A DNA stretch of 64,000 nucleotides. It comes from an uncultured delta proteobacterium. Lineage in GTDB: Bacteria > Myxococcota_A > Polyangia > Polyangiales > Polyangiaceae. Location of the stretch: the NCBI GenBank assembly GCA_963850305.1, contig CAWKKR010000004.1:32001-96000 (forward strand). The letters run 5' to 3'. This document shows, piece after piece, positions 11,620 to 21,075 of the stretch. Position 1 is the stretch's first letter, and every line of letters begins with the position of its first letter. The notes under the pieces are model-generated. The model was given only the letters and a program-made list of their open reading frames with translations. It was not told the origin of the DNA and ran no database searches. A program made the position numbers and the translations under genes.

Positions 11620-12022
11620 GAGAGCGTGCCGTCCTCCGTTTCAGGACGCGACGGACGAGACGATTCACGGGACCGCGTGCGAGCAAGTACGGGACGAAGG
11701 CCAGGACGCCCGCGACGACGAGCGTCTGCAGCGGGCGGAGGCCCCTGAGCTCGATGATCTGGTAAGCGACGTCCATGATCACGGCGAGAGCGAAGACGCG
11801 GGAGACCGCGTGCCACCCGTCGCGAAACAGGGCCCGCCGCTCCGTCGCACCCTTCGCCCTGAAGAGCGCCCAAAAATACGCGGGCTTCCCCTCGTGTGCG
11901 TCGCGGACCCCGTCTCGCATGGCAAGGCACGTTGCCACGAAGGGCTGCAGGTAGAACCGGAACGCCAGAGGGCCCGTGGGCCTCGCCGCGATCTCCCGCC
12001 ACAGTCGGTCGACTACGTCCAT
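11570..12022 (-). CDS. Hypothetical membrane protein
   Basis: RPTGPLAFRFYLQP followed by hydrophobic segments and VPYLLARGPVNR; 3' end overlaps the GH15 gene by 50 nt. Confidence 0.65.
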   Translation of the reverse strand: MDVVDRLWREIAARPTGPLAFRFYLQPFVATCLAMRDGVRDAHEGKPAYFWALFRAKGATERRALFRDGWHAVSRVFALAVIMDVAYQIIELRGLRPLQTLVVAGVLAFVPYLLARGPVNRLVRRVLKRRTARSLRCHRSGRRSAPGRGG

Positions 12023-12246
12023 CACGTGCCGTGTCCCCCCTTCACGTACGCCTCGAGCACCTCGTCGGTCATCCGGAACTTGCTGTTCGGGTAGGGCTCG
12101 AAGGCATCCGGAGCGGGCTCGCGCGGCTGGGTCACGGTCAGCTCTCATGCAGCCGTCGCGCCACGTTGCCGTGCTTCGACCGGCAGCGATTCCGGCCGGA
12201 CCGGTCGAAGGCCGGTGCCGGTACGCAACCTGCACGCTGGCCCGAC

Positions 12247-13053
12247 ATGCCCATGCCAGACGATTCGATCGCCGAGCGTCTGCCCCCTTTCGTCATCGCG
12301 GCCATCCTGGCGGTCTCTCTGATCGTCGTGCTCTTTCTGTCCGCAGCTACCGGTCGGCGTGCCGCCTTGAAAGGGGGCACGCCTAGACTCGGATCCCTCG
12401 AGACCATGGCGTCGGGCCTCCTGGGTCTCCTCCTCGCATTCAATTTCAGTGTCGCCCAGAGCCGCTTCGACGCGCGGCAGGAGTTGATCGTTCGGGAGGC
12501 GGACGCGATCGGCACGGCGTATCTCCGCTGCTCGGTTCTTGCCGAGGAAGACCGCGCTGAATGCCGCGACGGACTGCACCACTACGCCCAGCTACGCATC
12601 ACCGCCTACGAGGCGTATGGTCGGTCGGGAGATCATGCGGAGTTCCGGAGTGCTCTTGCCGGAGGAGAGCGCATCCAGACCGAGCTGTGGACGCTCGCTT
12701 CCCGTACCACGCGCGCAGCCCCCACCGCGGCGAATGCCATTTTCATGATGGCGCTGAACGACGTCATCGATCGCGACTCGGACCGTCGAGCAGCGGTCCG
12801 GATCCAGGTACCCACCGCGGTCAGCCTTGCGCTCGTATTTTCGTGTCTCGCGTGGGCCGTCTTGCTCGGGCGCGCCTCGGGCGCCGAGGGGGCTCGCGCC
12901 CCGGCGGCGTGGGTCGTCGTGGCGCTCCTCATCAGCGTCGTCTTCGGAGTCGCGCTGGACCTCGATCGGCCCCGCACGGGCTTCGTCACGACGCGGGCGG
13001 CGGAGCAGTCCATGAATGCCGTCCTCCGAGCGACGTCCGGCGCGCACGATTGA
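12247..13053 (+). CDS. DUF4239 / bestrophin-like membrane protein
   Basis: LLGLLLAFNFS...RFDARQELIVREADAIGTAYLR; LDLDRPRTG; about 4 TM segments. Confidence 0.75.
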   Translation: MPMPDDSIAERLPPFVIAAILAVSLIVVLFLSAATGRRAALKGGTPRLGSLETMASGLLGLLLAFNFSVAQSRFDARQELIVREADAIGTAYLRCSVLAEEDRAECRDGLHHYAQLRITAYEAYGRSGDHAEFRSALAGGERIQTELWTLASRTTRAAPTAANAIFMMALNDVIDRDSDRRAAVRIQVPTAVSLALVFSCLAWAVLLGRASGAEGARAPAAWVVVALLISVVFGVALDLDRPRTGFVTTRAAEQSMNAVLRATSGAHD

Positions 13054-13077
13054 CGTTCGACGGCGGGACGGCGCTCT

Positions 13078-13221
13078 TCAGTGCAAAAACGGCAGATTCG
13101 TCTGGCATCCGTACGAGACGTGCACCTCTGCCTGCGACCCCGCCGCGCTCACGACGTCGCAGCTCGCTTTGCACAGCAAGATCTTCGTGGGGGCTTTCGG
13201 GTCGTCGTAGTACCAGCCGCC
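13078..13221 (-). pseudogene. C-terminal relic of a myxobacterial vWA-type Cys-containing protein
   Basis: GGWYYDDPKAPTKILLCKASC...VHVSYGC; no start, begins just after the glyoxalase stop. Confidence 0.55.
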
Positions 13222-13232
13222 GAGCGCGCGGC

Positions 13233-13625
13233 TCAGGCCGTCTCGCGGAGCTCGATGACGTTTCGATCCGGATCGCGAATGAAGAGGGACCGCTTGTCCC
13301 CAAGCTTGACGGGGCCCCCGGTGATCGGAATGCCGAGCCGGCCGAGCTCGACGACGGTTCCCTCCATCGACGCGACGCCGAGTGCCACGTGCGTGTAGCC
13401 CGTGTGCTTCTCCGGAACGTCCATCAGGACGTTGGTGGGTGAAGGGCTCTGCTTCGCATTGACGATGAGGTTGATCTCGACGCCCTGCGCGTTCCTCATC
13501 ACCACCACCGGCTCGGGGCCCCCGCGGAACGTCGCCTCGAACCCGAAGAGCGCGTAGAAGGCCTCCGAGCGCGGCGCGTCCGTCACTCTGATCCCGATGT
13601 GCTCGACCCGGTGAATGGTGATCAT
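13233..13625 (-). CDS. VOC / glyoxalase family protein
   Basis: HIGIRVTD..RSEAFY, HVALGV, FIRDPDRNVIE. Confidence 0.9.
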   Translation of the reverse strand: MITIHRVEHIGIRVTDAPRSEAFYALFGFEATFRGGPEPVVVMRNAQGVEINLIVNAKQSPSPTNVLMDVPEKHTGYTHVALGVASMEGTVVELGRLGIPITGGPVKLGDKRSLFIRDPDRNVIELRETA

Positions 13626-13849
13626 CGAAAAAGCATAGAATCGATGACGGGCGCTCGCCAGGGAAGGCAAGGATGCCGGCGCGCACTACAGCCCCGAGTG
13701 TGTCGTCCAACAATCGACGCCAGGAGCGGGCGCCGCATGCACGCGAACCGGAGTCTCCGCGGCGATATGCAGCGAGCTCGGTGCCGGCGCCGGCACGCTC
13801 CGTGGACCGACGCCGTACGGAACCGGTTTCACTCATCCCGGTGTGGCCT

Positions 13850-15103
13850 TCACCCGAGGCCGTCCGCGGCGCCCCGCACCCCGAGCGCGCGCGACACGAA
13901 CAGTGCCGTCACCACGAGCAGCGCCGCGGTACCAGCGTAAGGAAGAATGCTGGACATGGACAGGAAGGAGACTCCGAGGATGGGGCCGAGGACTCCTCCG
14001 GCGTCGCCGAACAGCTGGAGACAACCGATCGCTCGACCGCGCTCTTCGAGAGGGACGACGTCCCCGAGTGTGGCGAGGAGCGGCGTGGTGACGGCACCGG
14101 TCCCCAATCCGACGAGGGCGAGGCCGATGAGCAGCACGAGTGAACTGTGCGCGAAACCGAAGGCCAGGACCCCCGGCACGAGGGCTCCGATGCCGAGCAT
14201 CATGATGCGGAGCCGATGACCCGGATGGTCCGATAACCGTCCGGCAAGCGGGCCCGCGATGGTCATGAAGACGACCAGGACGGCCATGAACGCGCCCGCG
14301 GCCGTCTGCTCGGACATCGAGAAGAGGGTCAGGCGGCGCGCGTGAATGATGAGAGCAAGGGTAGCGAGCACGACGCCGAGGGCGCTGAACGAGGTGGCGG
14401 CGTTGAGCGCCGCGAGGGCCTGAACCGGACGGTGACGGAGGCTCGAAAAGATCTGCCGGAAAGATGGCGCCCGGTCGACATGGGCCGCACGCAGATCCGG
14501 CGCGCGCACGAGAGCCACGAACGCGGCGAGGAACAGCGCGACGAGGGCGCTCCCGAACGCCGCGGCGGGCCCGCGCCAGCCGGCAATCAGGCCGCCGAGA
14601 GCGAGCCCGAGGGGCACGCCGGCCGCCATGGCGGAGTTCGTGATGCCCGCCGCGAGACCGCGGTGGTTGCGCCCTCCGGCGTGCAAGGCGAGCGCCCCTG
14701 CCGCAATCAAGACACACGATGAGCTCGGTCCATGCAGAAGCCGTCCGATCAGGAAGAACGCGCCCGGGTGACCGCTCAGGACTCCCGCGAGGTAGCAGCC
14801 GAGCACGAGTGTCTGGGAGAGCAACCCGAACACCAGCAATCGCTTGCCGCCGAGGCGATCGACGGCGGCGCCCGCGAACGGATTGACGATCACGCGCCCG
14901 AACCGATTCGCGGCGAGGATGACGCCGATGAACGGCAGCGACAGTCCCGCCTTGACACCCACGATCGGCAAGATCGGAAAGACGATGCCGCCGCTCACAC
15001 CGGCGAAGAGCACGCCAGGAGCAATGGCCAACGCGGCCACCCGAGCGGCTTCTCGTTCCGCAACGAGCTCCTCGGAGGAGAGCTGAGGTTCTGATGAACT
15101 CAT
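13850..15103 (-). CDS. MFS transporter
   Basis: About 12 hydrophobic segments; motif A-like GAAVDRLGGKR and GRLSD; ERGRAIG. Confidence 0.88.
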   Translation of the reverse strand: MSSSEPQLSSEELVAEREAARVAALAIAPGVLFAGVSGGIVFPILPIVGVKAGLSLPFIGVILAANRFGRVIVNPFAGAAVDRLGGKRLLVFGLLSQTLVLGCYLAGVLSGHPGAFFLIGRLLHGPSSSCVLIAAGALALHAGGRNHRGLAAGITNSAMAAGVPLGLALGGLIAGWRGPAAAFGSALVALFLAAFVALVRAPDLRAAHVDRAPSFRQIFSSLRHRPVQALAALNAATSFSALGVVLATLALIIHARRLTLFSMSEQTAAGAFMAVLVVFMTIAGPLAGRLSDHPGHRLRIMMLGIGALVPGVLAFGFAHSSLVLLIGLALVGLGTGAVTTPLLATLGDVVPLEERGRAIGCLQLFGDAGGVLGPILGVSFLSMSSILPYAGTAALLVVTALFVSRALGVRGAADGLG

Positions 15104-15250
15104 CGTCGAAAGGACCATTCGGTTGAGCGGTATGACGTGGCGCGCGCTCACGAAGTCTCGCACGGACCCCAAGTTGCCCGCTGCGCAACTTGCACGCTCA
15201 GGGACGAAGCGTCGGAGCGCCGTGGGGCTTGAACGCGGGCCGCGAAGACC

Positions 15251-15424
15251 TCAGCTCGCCGTCGGATCGTCCAGGTGCCCGAGAAACAGGATGGCACCGG
15301 TGGGCACGTCGATCTGGAGGATGTCCGCGATGTAGAGATGTTCACCGTCGGGTGGATCCGGGCACATCGGGCTGAAGTCGGCGGCGGCTCCGTCGAAAGC
15401 GCCCGGCATGCCCATCGCTTTCAG
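15251..15424 (-). pseudogene. Serpin C-terminal relic with the reactive-centre loop deleted
   Basis: LKAMGMPGAFDGAAADFSPM...LYIADILQ joined directly to IDVPTGAILFLGHLDDP*. Confidence 0.65.
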
Positions 15425-15460
15425 AGAATGACGGTCCGCTGCGCGCCGCTTCTCGCCCGG

Positions 15461-16555
15461 TCAGGCGCGTTCGAGTCGTCGATACACGAGCGCGCCCGGC
15501 GCGAGGGCTTCTTCTTCCGCGCGCTCGCGGGCACGCCGGACGATGGAATGGAGCGGGGCGAGATCGCACGCGGGATCGGCCGCGCGCGCGTCGCCCGTGA
15601 GGTGATGGGCCTGACATCGGCATCCGCCGAAGTCCGACTCGCGATGCTCGCAGGTCCGGCAGGGCTCAAGCATGAACGCGGTGCCGCGGAAGCGTTCGAA
15701 CGCGGGAGAACTCGTCCAGGCTTCGGCGAGGGTACGCTCCCCTACCCTGTCGAAGTCGAGGCCGGGAATGGTGTGCGCGGCATGACACGGGAGGATCGAG
15801 CCGTCGGGGCTGACGACGAGGTAGCGCCGCGCCCAGCCGTCCATGCACGCGCGCGGACGATCGGCGTGATAGTCGGGGAGCACGAAATCGATTTCCATCG
15901 TTCCCGCGAGACGCTCGCGCGCGAGCACGACGATGCGCCGTGCTTCGTCGAGCTGGGCACGCCTCGGGAGCAGGTGCGCGCGGTTCAGGAGGGCCCATCC
16001 GAGGTATTGCGCGTTGGCAAGCTCGAGCCGATCGGCGCCGAGCTCTTCGGCGAGGGCGATGATGGCCTCGACGTCGTCGAGGTTGCCGCGATGCACGACG
16101 ACGTTGACGGTGAGCGGGTAGCCGAGCTCCTTGGCCCATTTCGCAACGGCGTGTTTGCGCGGGAGCCCGGCGTGGCTCGCCCACCTCTCGGTCGCGTCGG
16201 ACGCGCTCCCCTGAAACGAGAGCTGGACGTGATCGAGCCCGGCGTCGCGCAGCTCTTCGAGGCGACGTCGCTCGAGCGGGATGCCGCTCGTGATGAGGTT
16301 CGTATAGAGGCCGCACTCGCGCGCCGTCCGGACGAGGGCCGCGAGGTCGCCGCGGACGAGCGGTTCGCCGCCGGTGAAGTGGACCTGCAGCACGCCGAGC
16401 GCTGCGGCTTCCCCGAGAACGCGCTGCCAGACTTCGGTATCGAGCTCGGCGCGGTGCCTCGCGGCGTGGAGCGGGTTCGAGCAGTACACGCAGGCGAGCG
16501 GACAGCGATACGTGAGCTCGGCGACGAGGGTGTAGGGGGCATCCATGCGCGTCAC
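15461..16555 (-). CDS. pqqE: PqqA peptide cyclase, radical SAM/SPASM
   Basis: AELTYRCPLACVYCSNP, TGGEP, ELANAQY.GWA, CMDGW, DFGGCRCQA. Confidence 0.95.
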   Translation of the reverse strand: MTRMDAPYTLVAELTYRCPLACVYCSNPLHAARHRAELDTEVWQRVLGEAAALGVLQVHFTGGEPLVRGDLAALVRTARECGLYTNLITSGIPLERRRLEELRDAGLDHVQLSFQGSASDATERWASHAGLPRKHAVAKWAKELGYPLTVNVVVHRGNLDDVEAIIALAEELGADRLELANAQYLGWALLNRAHLLPRRAQLDEARRIVVLARERLAGTMEIDFVLPDYHADRPRACMDGWARRYLVVSPDGSILPCHAAHTIPGLDFDRVGERTLAEAWTSSPAFERFRGTAFMLEPCRTCEHRESDFGGCRCQAHHLTGDARAADPACDLAPLHSIVRRARERAEEEALAPGALVYRRLERA

Positions 16556-16881
16556 CGCCAGACGAGGAGGCCGCGTCGCATGAGCTCGGCGAAGAAGGGG
16601 AGCGCGTCGTCAATCGCTTCGGCGAAGGAGGCGCCTCGTTCGGCGGCCACGGCGCGGATCACTTCTTCGAGCGTGAGCTCGCCCCGGCATCGAAGCAGAA
16701 GGTCGGCCGCGCTGCCGTGGAGGGCGAGCGCGCGCTCCGGGAACACGAGGAAGTGCGCGTTCCTCAGGGCGTCGAAGCGCAGTCGGGCCTTGGGCGCGAG
16801 CGACGGCCGCTCGTGAAGCTTGGCGGATACGGTCCCCACCGAGACGACCCGCGCCGGCCGCGTGCCCCCCGAATCAGTCAC
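16552..16881 (-). CDS. pqqD: PqqA-binding chaperone
   Basis: LRFD...LVFPERALAL..SAADLL..C.G; GTGA overlaps with pqqC and pqqE; exact start uncertain. Confidence 0.85.
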   Translation of the reverse strand: MTDSGGTRPARVVSVGTVSAKLHERPSLAPKARLRFDALRNAHFLVFPERALALHGSAADLLLRCRGELTLEEVIRAVAAERGASFAEAIDDALPFFAELMRRGLLVWR

Positions 16882-17585
16882 CCGCCTCGTCCTGTCGTCG
16901 ACCAGGCGACGCAGTCGAGCAGGTGCCACAGGATCTCCGTCTTTCGAACGAGGGCGCGGACCGAGAGTTCCTGGGCTTCGTACGTCGTCGCGTGCGAGAG
17001 GACGTACGCCATCGCTTCCTCGGAGTCGCGCCGCGCCCGAGGGACGCGACTCCGGAAGTACTCGAGGGCCTTCCAATCGACGAACGGATAATGGCGTTCG
17101 AACGCGACGATCCGCGCCGACATGAGATCCGGCGCGAACAGCTCGGTCAAGGACGACGCGACCGCTTCGAGCAAGGTAGAGCTCCGGACGAACTCGACGT
17201 AAGCGTCGCACGCGAAGCGCACGCCGGGCAGGACGCCGCGCAGACTCGTGAGCTCGTCACGCGGGACGCCGATGGCTTCGCCGAGACGATGCCAGAGCTC
17301 GAGTCCACCGTTCGCGTCGTCGGTCCCGTCGTGGTCGACGATGCGGTGGAGCCAGGCCCGACGGAACGCGCTGTCCTCGGACTTGGAGAGGATGAGCGCG
17401 TCCTTGATGGGGATCCGCGTCTGATAATAGTAGCGGTTCATCACCCAGACCGAGAGCTCGCGGGCGGTCAGGTGCCCCTCGTGCATCTTCAGGTGGAACG
17501 GGTGTCGGTCGTGATAGCGCGACGTGCCCTCGTCGCGCATCCACTCGAAGAAGGCGTCGCGGGAGAGTGGCGGCTTTCCGGTCAT
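16878..17585 (-). CDS. pqqC: Pyrroloquinoline-quinone synthase
   Basis: YHDRHPFH, NRYYYQTRIPIKD, RIVDHDG, SSLTELFAP. Confidence 0.96.
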   Translation of the reverse strand: MTGKPPLSRDAFFEWMRDEGTSRYHDRHPFHLKMHEGHLTARELSVWVMNRYYYQTRIPIKDALILSKSEDSAFRRAWLHRIVDHDGTDDANGGLELWHRLGEAIGVPRDELTSLRGVLPGVRFACDAYVEFVRSSTLLEAVASSLTELFAPDLMSARIVAFERHYPFVDWKALEYFRSRVPRARRDSEEAMAYVLSHATTYEAQELSVRALVRKTEILWHLLDCVAWSTTGRGG

Positions 17586-17755
17586 GCCGCGGGAGGCGAG
17601 ACGACCGTGCTTCCCGCTTCACCGAGTGATGGGTGCGCGGGCGCGGGCTCCGGCTTCGCTTCGGTCGGGCGATCTGCGTCCCAATCCGGCTGATAAGAAC
17701 CGATCTCGGCGTTCATCGCGATCTCGCGAAAGCTCGGCTTCGTCCAGGTCTTCAT
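17582..17755 (-). CDS. pqqA: PQQ precursor peptide with a 36-aa C-terminal extension (57 aa)
   Basis: MKTWTKPSFREIAMNAEIGSYQPDWD...; W-x-x-P leader and E-x-x-x-Y core; GGAGG RBS; ATGA overlap with pqqC; below the ORF-track size cutoff. Confidence 0.85.
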   Translation of the reverse strand: MKTWTKPSFREIAMNAEIGSYQPDWDADRPTEAKPEPAPAHPSLGEAGSTVVSPPAA

Positions 17756-17828
17756 GGGGTGCGCCTCCGGCGTGGGGACCAGGGCAAGGCTAGCAGCTTT
17801 GACCGGCGATGATAACGTCGCCCGAGCC

Positions 17829-18743
17829 GTGCTTCGATTACGTATCCTCGGGGCTGCAGCAGGTGGCGGGTTTCCGCAATGGAACTGCGGCTGTTCGAAC
17901 TGCGCGCGCGTCCGCGCGGGAGAAACGGCTCTCGAACCTCGGACGCAAGATTCCGTGGCGGTGACGACCGACGGCGACTCGTGGGTGCTCCTGAACGCGT
18001 CGCCCGACGTGCTTCGTCAGATCCAGGCCAATCCCATGCTCTGGCCACGGTCGCGGCGCGACTCGCCCATCCGGGCGATCGTGTTGACGAACGGCGACGT
18101 CGATCACGTGCTCGGGCTCTTCGCGCTTCGCGAGTCCCAGCCACTCGCCGTATATGCGACGGCACGCGTCATCGCGGGGCTCGAGCAGAATGTGTTGCTG
18201 CGGACGCTTCGCCGATTTCCCGGTCACGTGGAGTTTCGAGCGCTCGCACCCGGACAGCCCGTGAACGTCGCGGGCGTCGATGGGTCGCCGACCGGTGTCG
18301 TGGTCGAGGCATTCTCCGCAGCGGGCAAGCCGCCCATTCACCTTGCGACCGCGTTCGAGCCGCACGCGGAAGACAACGTCGGACTGTTGCTCGGCCAAGA
18401 GGCGCGAGGGCGTGCGGCATACGTGACGGCAGCTCGTTCCGCGGACTCGATCGCGCGCGACGTCGCGGGCTCGCGCGTCCTGCTCTTCGACGGCACTTTC
18501 TTTGCGGACGACGAGCTCCCACGGCTCGGACTCGGAGCGGCCCGCGCCCACGACATGGCTCACGTGCCGATCGGCGGCGACGACGGGAGCCTACGTTTGC
18601 TCCGCGAGCTCGACGTGGGCCGCCGCGTCTACACGCACATCAACAACACGAATCCCATCCTCGATCGGGACGCGCCCGAGCGACGCGCCGTGGAAGCGGG
18701 CGGCTGGCAGGTCGCGCGCGACGGGATGGACATCGAGGTCTAG
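17829..18743 (+). CDS. pqqB: PQQ biosynthesis protein B (MBL fold)
   Basis: LGAAAGGGFPQWNCGCSNC, RTQDS, LNASPD, DHVLGL, HINNTNP. Confidence 0.95.
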   Translation: MLRLRILGAAAGGGFPQWNCGCSNCARVRAGETALEPRTQDSVAVTTDGDSWVLLNASPDVLRQIQANPMLWPRSRRDSPIRAIVLTNGDVDHVLGLFALRESQPLAVYATARVIAGLEQNVLLRTLRRFPGHVEFRALAPGQPVNVAGVDGSPTGVVVEAFSAAGKPPIHLATAFEPHAEDNVGLLLGQEARGRAAYVTAARSADSIARDVAGSRVLLFDGTFFADDELPRLGLGAARAHDMAHVPIGGDDGSLRLLRELDVGRRVYTHINNTNPILDRDAPERRAVEAGGWQVARDGMDIEV

Positions 18744-19799
18744 CTAGGGCCCGAGCGCGACGCCCCACGGTAGCCCGCCGATATGAACGCGCTTGTCGAC
18801 GTTGCCCGTCGCGATGTTCACGAGGGAGAGATCGTTCGACGTGCCGTTGGCGGTGTAGAGGTGAGTGCCGTCGTGACTGAGCGCGATGCCCCACGGACGG
18901 TTGCCGACGCCGTCGATGGAGCGCACTTGCTTGCGTGTCGCGACGTCGATGACGGCGACGGAGCCGCCCCGACCGGTCGATACGTAGAGCTGCTTTTCGT
19001 CGCGAGACAGCACGGCGCCCATGGGTTTGGGCCCGGCCGGCGTCGGCGAGTTCTCGTGGACGGGGATCGTGGCGAGCACGGAGAATCGCTGAGGATCGAT
19101 CACGGTGACGACTCTGCCGTCTTCGGCGGTGGCAAAGCCGAGCCGGCCGTCCTTCGTGAAGAGGATGAAGCGCGGGCGTGCGCCGGTCGGAATGTGCGCG
19201 AGGACGCCGAACGTGTTCGTGTCGATCGCCGTGACTTCGTTGTCGTGCTCCGACGTGACGAAGACGACCTTGCCGTCCGGACGCACCGTCACGCCCTCGG
19301 GCTCGGTGCCCACGGCGACCTTCCCCTCGATCCTGCCGGACGGGACGTCGACGACGGTCATCTGCGCAGTCTCCTCGTTCGAGACGTAGAGGGTCTCGTC
19401 GTCCGCCGATAGATCGAAGGTCTCCGGATCCTGTCCACTGTTCAGCGTGCGGACGAGCCGGTTCGTCCCGAGATCGACGACGCCGATTCCGTCGGCGCCG
19501 CGATCGGCGGGAGGGAGCGACCTGGGATCGACACCGGGAGGCGTCCGCGGCGAGCCGGACAGCGCCACGAAGAGCCGCGCGCCGTCGTGCGACACCTTGA
19601 CGCCGCGCGGGCGCTTGCCGACCGGAATGCGCGCCGTCACGCGGGCGTGGTCCGTATCGACCACGACGACATAGCCACCCGCTTCGTCGCTGACGTACGC
19701 CCTGCCACGTGACGGCGCTCGGTGCCTCGAGCAGGCGCACACGACGAATGCGAGCGCCGATAACGCGGCGCGACGCCGTTCCCAGGCGACGGCGCGCAT
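18744..19799 (-). CDS. YVTN beta-propeller protein, PQQ-catabolism-associated type, probable lipoprotein
   Basis: Repeated YVSNE / VG..PEG blades, GQDPETFD; signal ending VVCAC. Confidence 0.82.
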   Translation of the reverse strand: MRAVAWERRRAALSALAFVVCACSRHRAPSRGRAYVSDEAGGYVVVVDTDHARVTARIPVGKRPRGVKVSHDGARLFVALSGSPRTPPGVDPRSLPPADRGADGIGVVDLGTNRLVRTLNSGQDPETFDLSADDETLYVSNEETAQMTVVDVPSGRIEGKVAVGTEPEGVTVRPDGKVVFVTSEHDNEVTAIDTNTFGVLAHIPTGARPRFILFTKDGRLGFATAEDGRVVTVIDPQRFSVLATIPVHENSPTPAGPKPMGAVLSRDEKQLYVSTGRGGSVAVIDVATRKQVRSIDGVGNRPWGIALSHDGTHLYTANGTSNDLSLVNIATGNVDKRVHIGGLPWGVALGP

Positions 19800-19803
19800 C
19801 CCC

Positions 19804-21075
19804 TCAGATCCCGCCGTCCGCCTTCGGGCAGGTCCCGAACGAGTCGATCCATTGCGCAACGAGCGCCGTCGCCTGGGTGTCGACCTCGAAGCTCCCGGCG
19901 GGCGGCATGCGCCCCACGTCTTCGAGCTCGCCGGGATCCGAGGCGGGCACCGGAGTGTTCATGCGAATCCACATCGCAGACTTGGCGTGATCGCCGGGCT
20001 CGAAATCATCGAGCTGGGTCGTCGTCATCCCGGGGATGCCGTTCTGCTCGGGGAGACCGCAGATCCCGGTCGCGGCGAGCGACGCGCCGTAGCGCAGATC
20101 GAATCCCTGGTCGTTGACGTCGGGCCGATGGCAGAAGCCACAGTTTGCGCTCAGGTACGATCGGGCGCGCTCATCGACGCTCGCGCCCGGTGGCGGTCCG
20201 GTCAGGCCAAGCGCGGCGTTCGCGTACGGTTCGACGAGCGCGGTGGCGTACGGCTTCGCCGGCGCAGTCCCGAACAGACCCGCGGAGGCAAACGTGGCGA
20301 TCTGGTTCGCGCTCCCCACGACGCGGTTCATCTGATCCGTCTCGGGCCCGATCGGTCCGACCGCCGCGCTGTGGCACCCGATGCAGTCGATGAAGCTCGG
20401 ATAATTCCAGGTCACGGTCCGCTTGCCGGTGTCGAACGCGACCGCGGTCCGCGCGTCGGGGACGACGGTCGCTTCCGTTTGCTGCTCGTTCCATGCGTAG
20501 TTGTACCCGACCCAGTCGGTCCCATTGGCGATGAGCGCGGACGTCGCCGCATCGACGTGCATGAAAAGTCGTGTCTCGACGAACTTGCCGTCGAACATGA
20601 AATTCTTGATGAGGACGGTTCCGACGGGGAACTGCCACTTGCCGGTGACCGGGTCGACGTCGATCTTGCCGCCCGCGGGCAGCACGAACGCCCGTGTCTT
20701 GGCCGCATCATCGGACCAGAGCGGGCTATTGACCTCGTAAGGGACGGCGCGGCTGGTGAATGCGGTCGGATTCTGGGGCTCCATGCACCCGGTGAGCGAC
20801 AGGCGACAGAGGGGCAGCGCCGCCATTTCGGGCGCGGTGCAGTCTTCCGCCGACGAAGGCGTGATGCACGTCGGCGAAGAGCCCGCGTCCGAGCTCGGGA
20901 CGGCGCCGTCGGACCCAGGCTTCTCCGGGCCGGAATCCGTCACCGGGGCAGCGGCTCGATCGTCGGACGCGTCCGCGACGATGCCGTGATGCGGGTGGCT
21001 CGCGTTCGAACAACCGGCGCCGAGGGCGGCAAAGTAGAAGACGAGCCGCAGTCCGATGCGCGGGCTACGTGCCAT
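19804..21075 (-). CDS. Diheme c-type cytochrome lipoprotein (SO2930-like)
   Basis: Lipobox LGAGC; YEVNSPLWSD..K.R, FPVGTVLIK.F, ETR; CIGCH and CGFCH; RMPP. Confidence 0.8.
   Translation of the reverse strand: MARSPRIGLRLVFYFAALGAGCSNASHPHHGIVADASDDRAAAPVTDSGPEKPGSDGAVPSSDAGSSPTCITPSSAEDCTAPEMAALPLCRLSLTGCMEPQNPTAFTSRAVPYEVNSPLWSDDAAKTRAFVLPAGGKIDVDPVTGKWQFPVGTVLIKNFMFDGKFVETRLFMHVDAATSALIANGTDWVGYNYAWNEQQTEATVVPDARTAVAFDTGKRTVTWNYPSFIDCIGCHSAAVGPIGPETDQMNRVVGSANQIATFASAGLFGTAPAKPYATALVEPYANAALGLTGPPPGASVDERARSYLSANCGFCHRPDVNDQGFDLRYGASLAATGICGLPEQNGIPGMTTTQLDDFEPGDHAKSAMWIRMNTPVPASDPGELEDVGRMPPAGSFEVDTQATALVAQWIDSFGTCPKADGGI

Noticed and set aside
12219..12234. CGGTACG-CAAC-CTGCA sigma54-like motif before the DUF4239 gene
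   Set aside because: Weaker match leaving almost no leader; chance match is plausible
15461..16555. Radical SAM/SPASM enzyme as a novel RiPP maturase
   Set aside because: Sequence and pqqA/B/C/D context identify it as ordinary PqqE
15275..16816. 513-aa plus-strand ORF, and similar long shadows such as 21056-23071 and 24463-26100
   Set aside because: Antisense to clearly identified genes; Arg/Gly-rich with no family features
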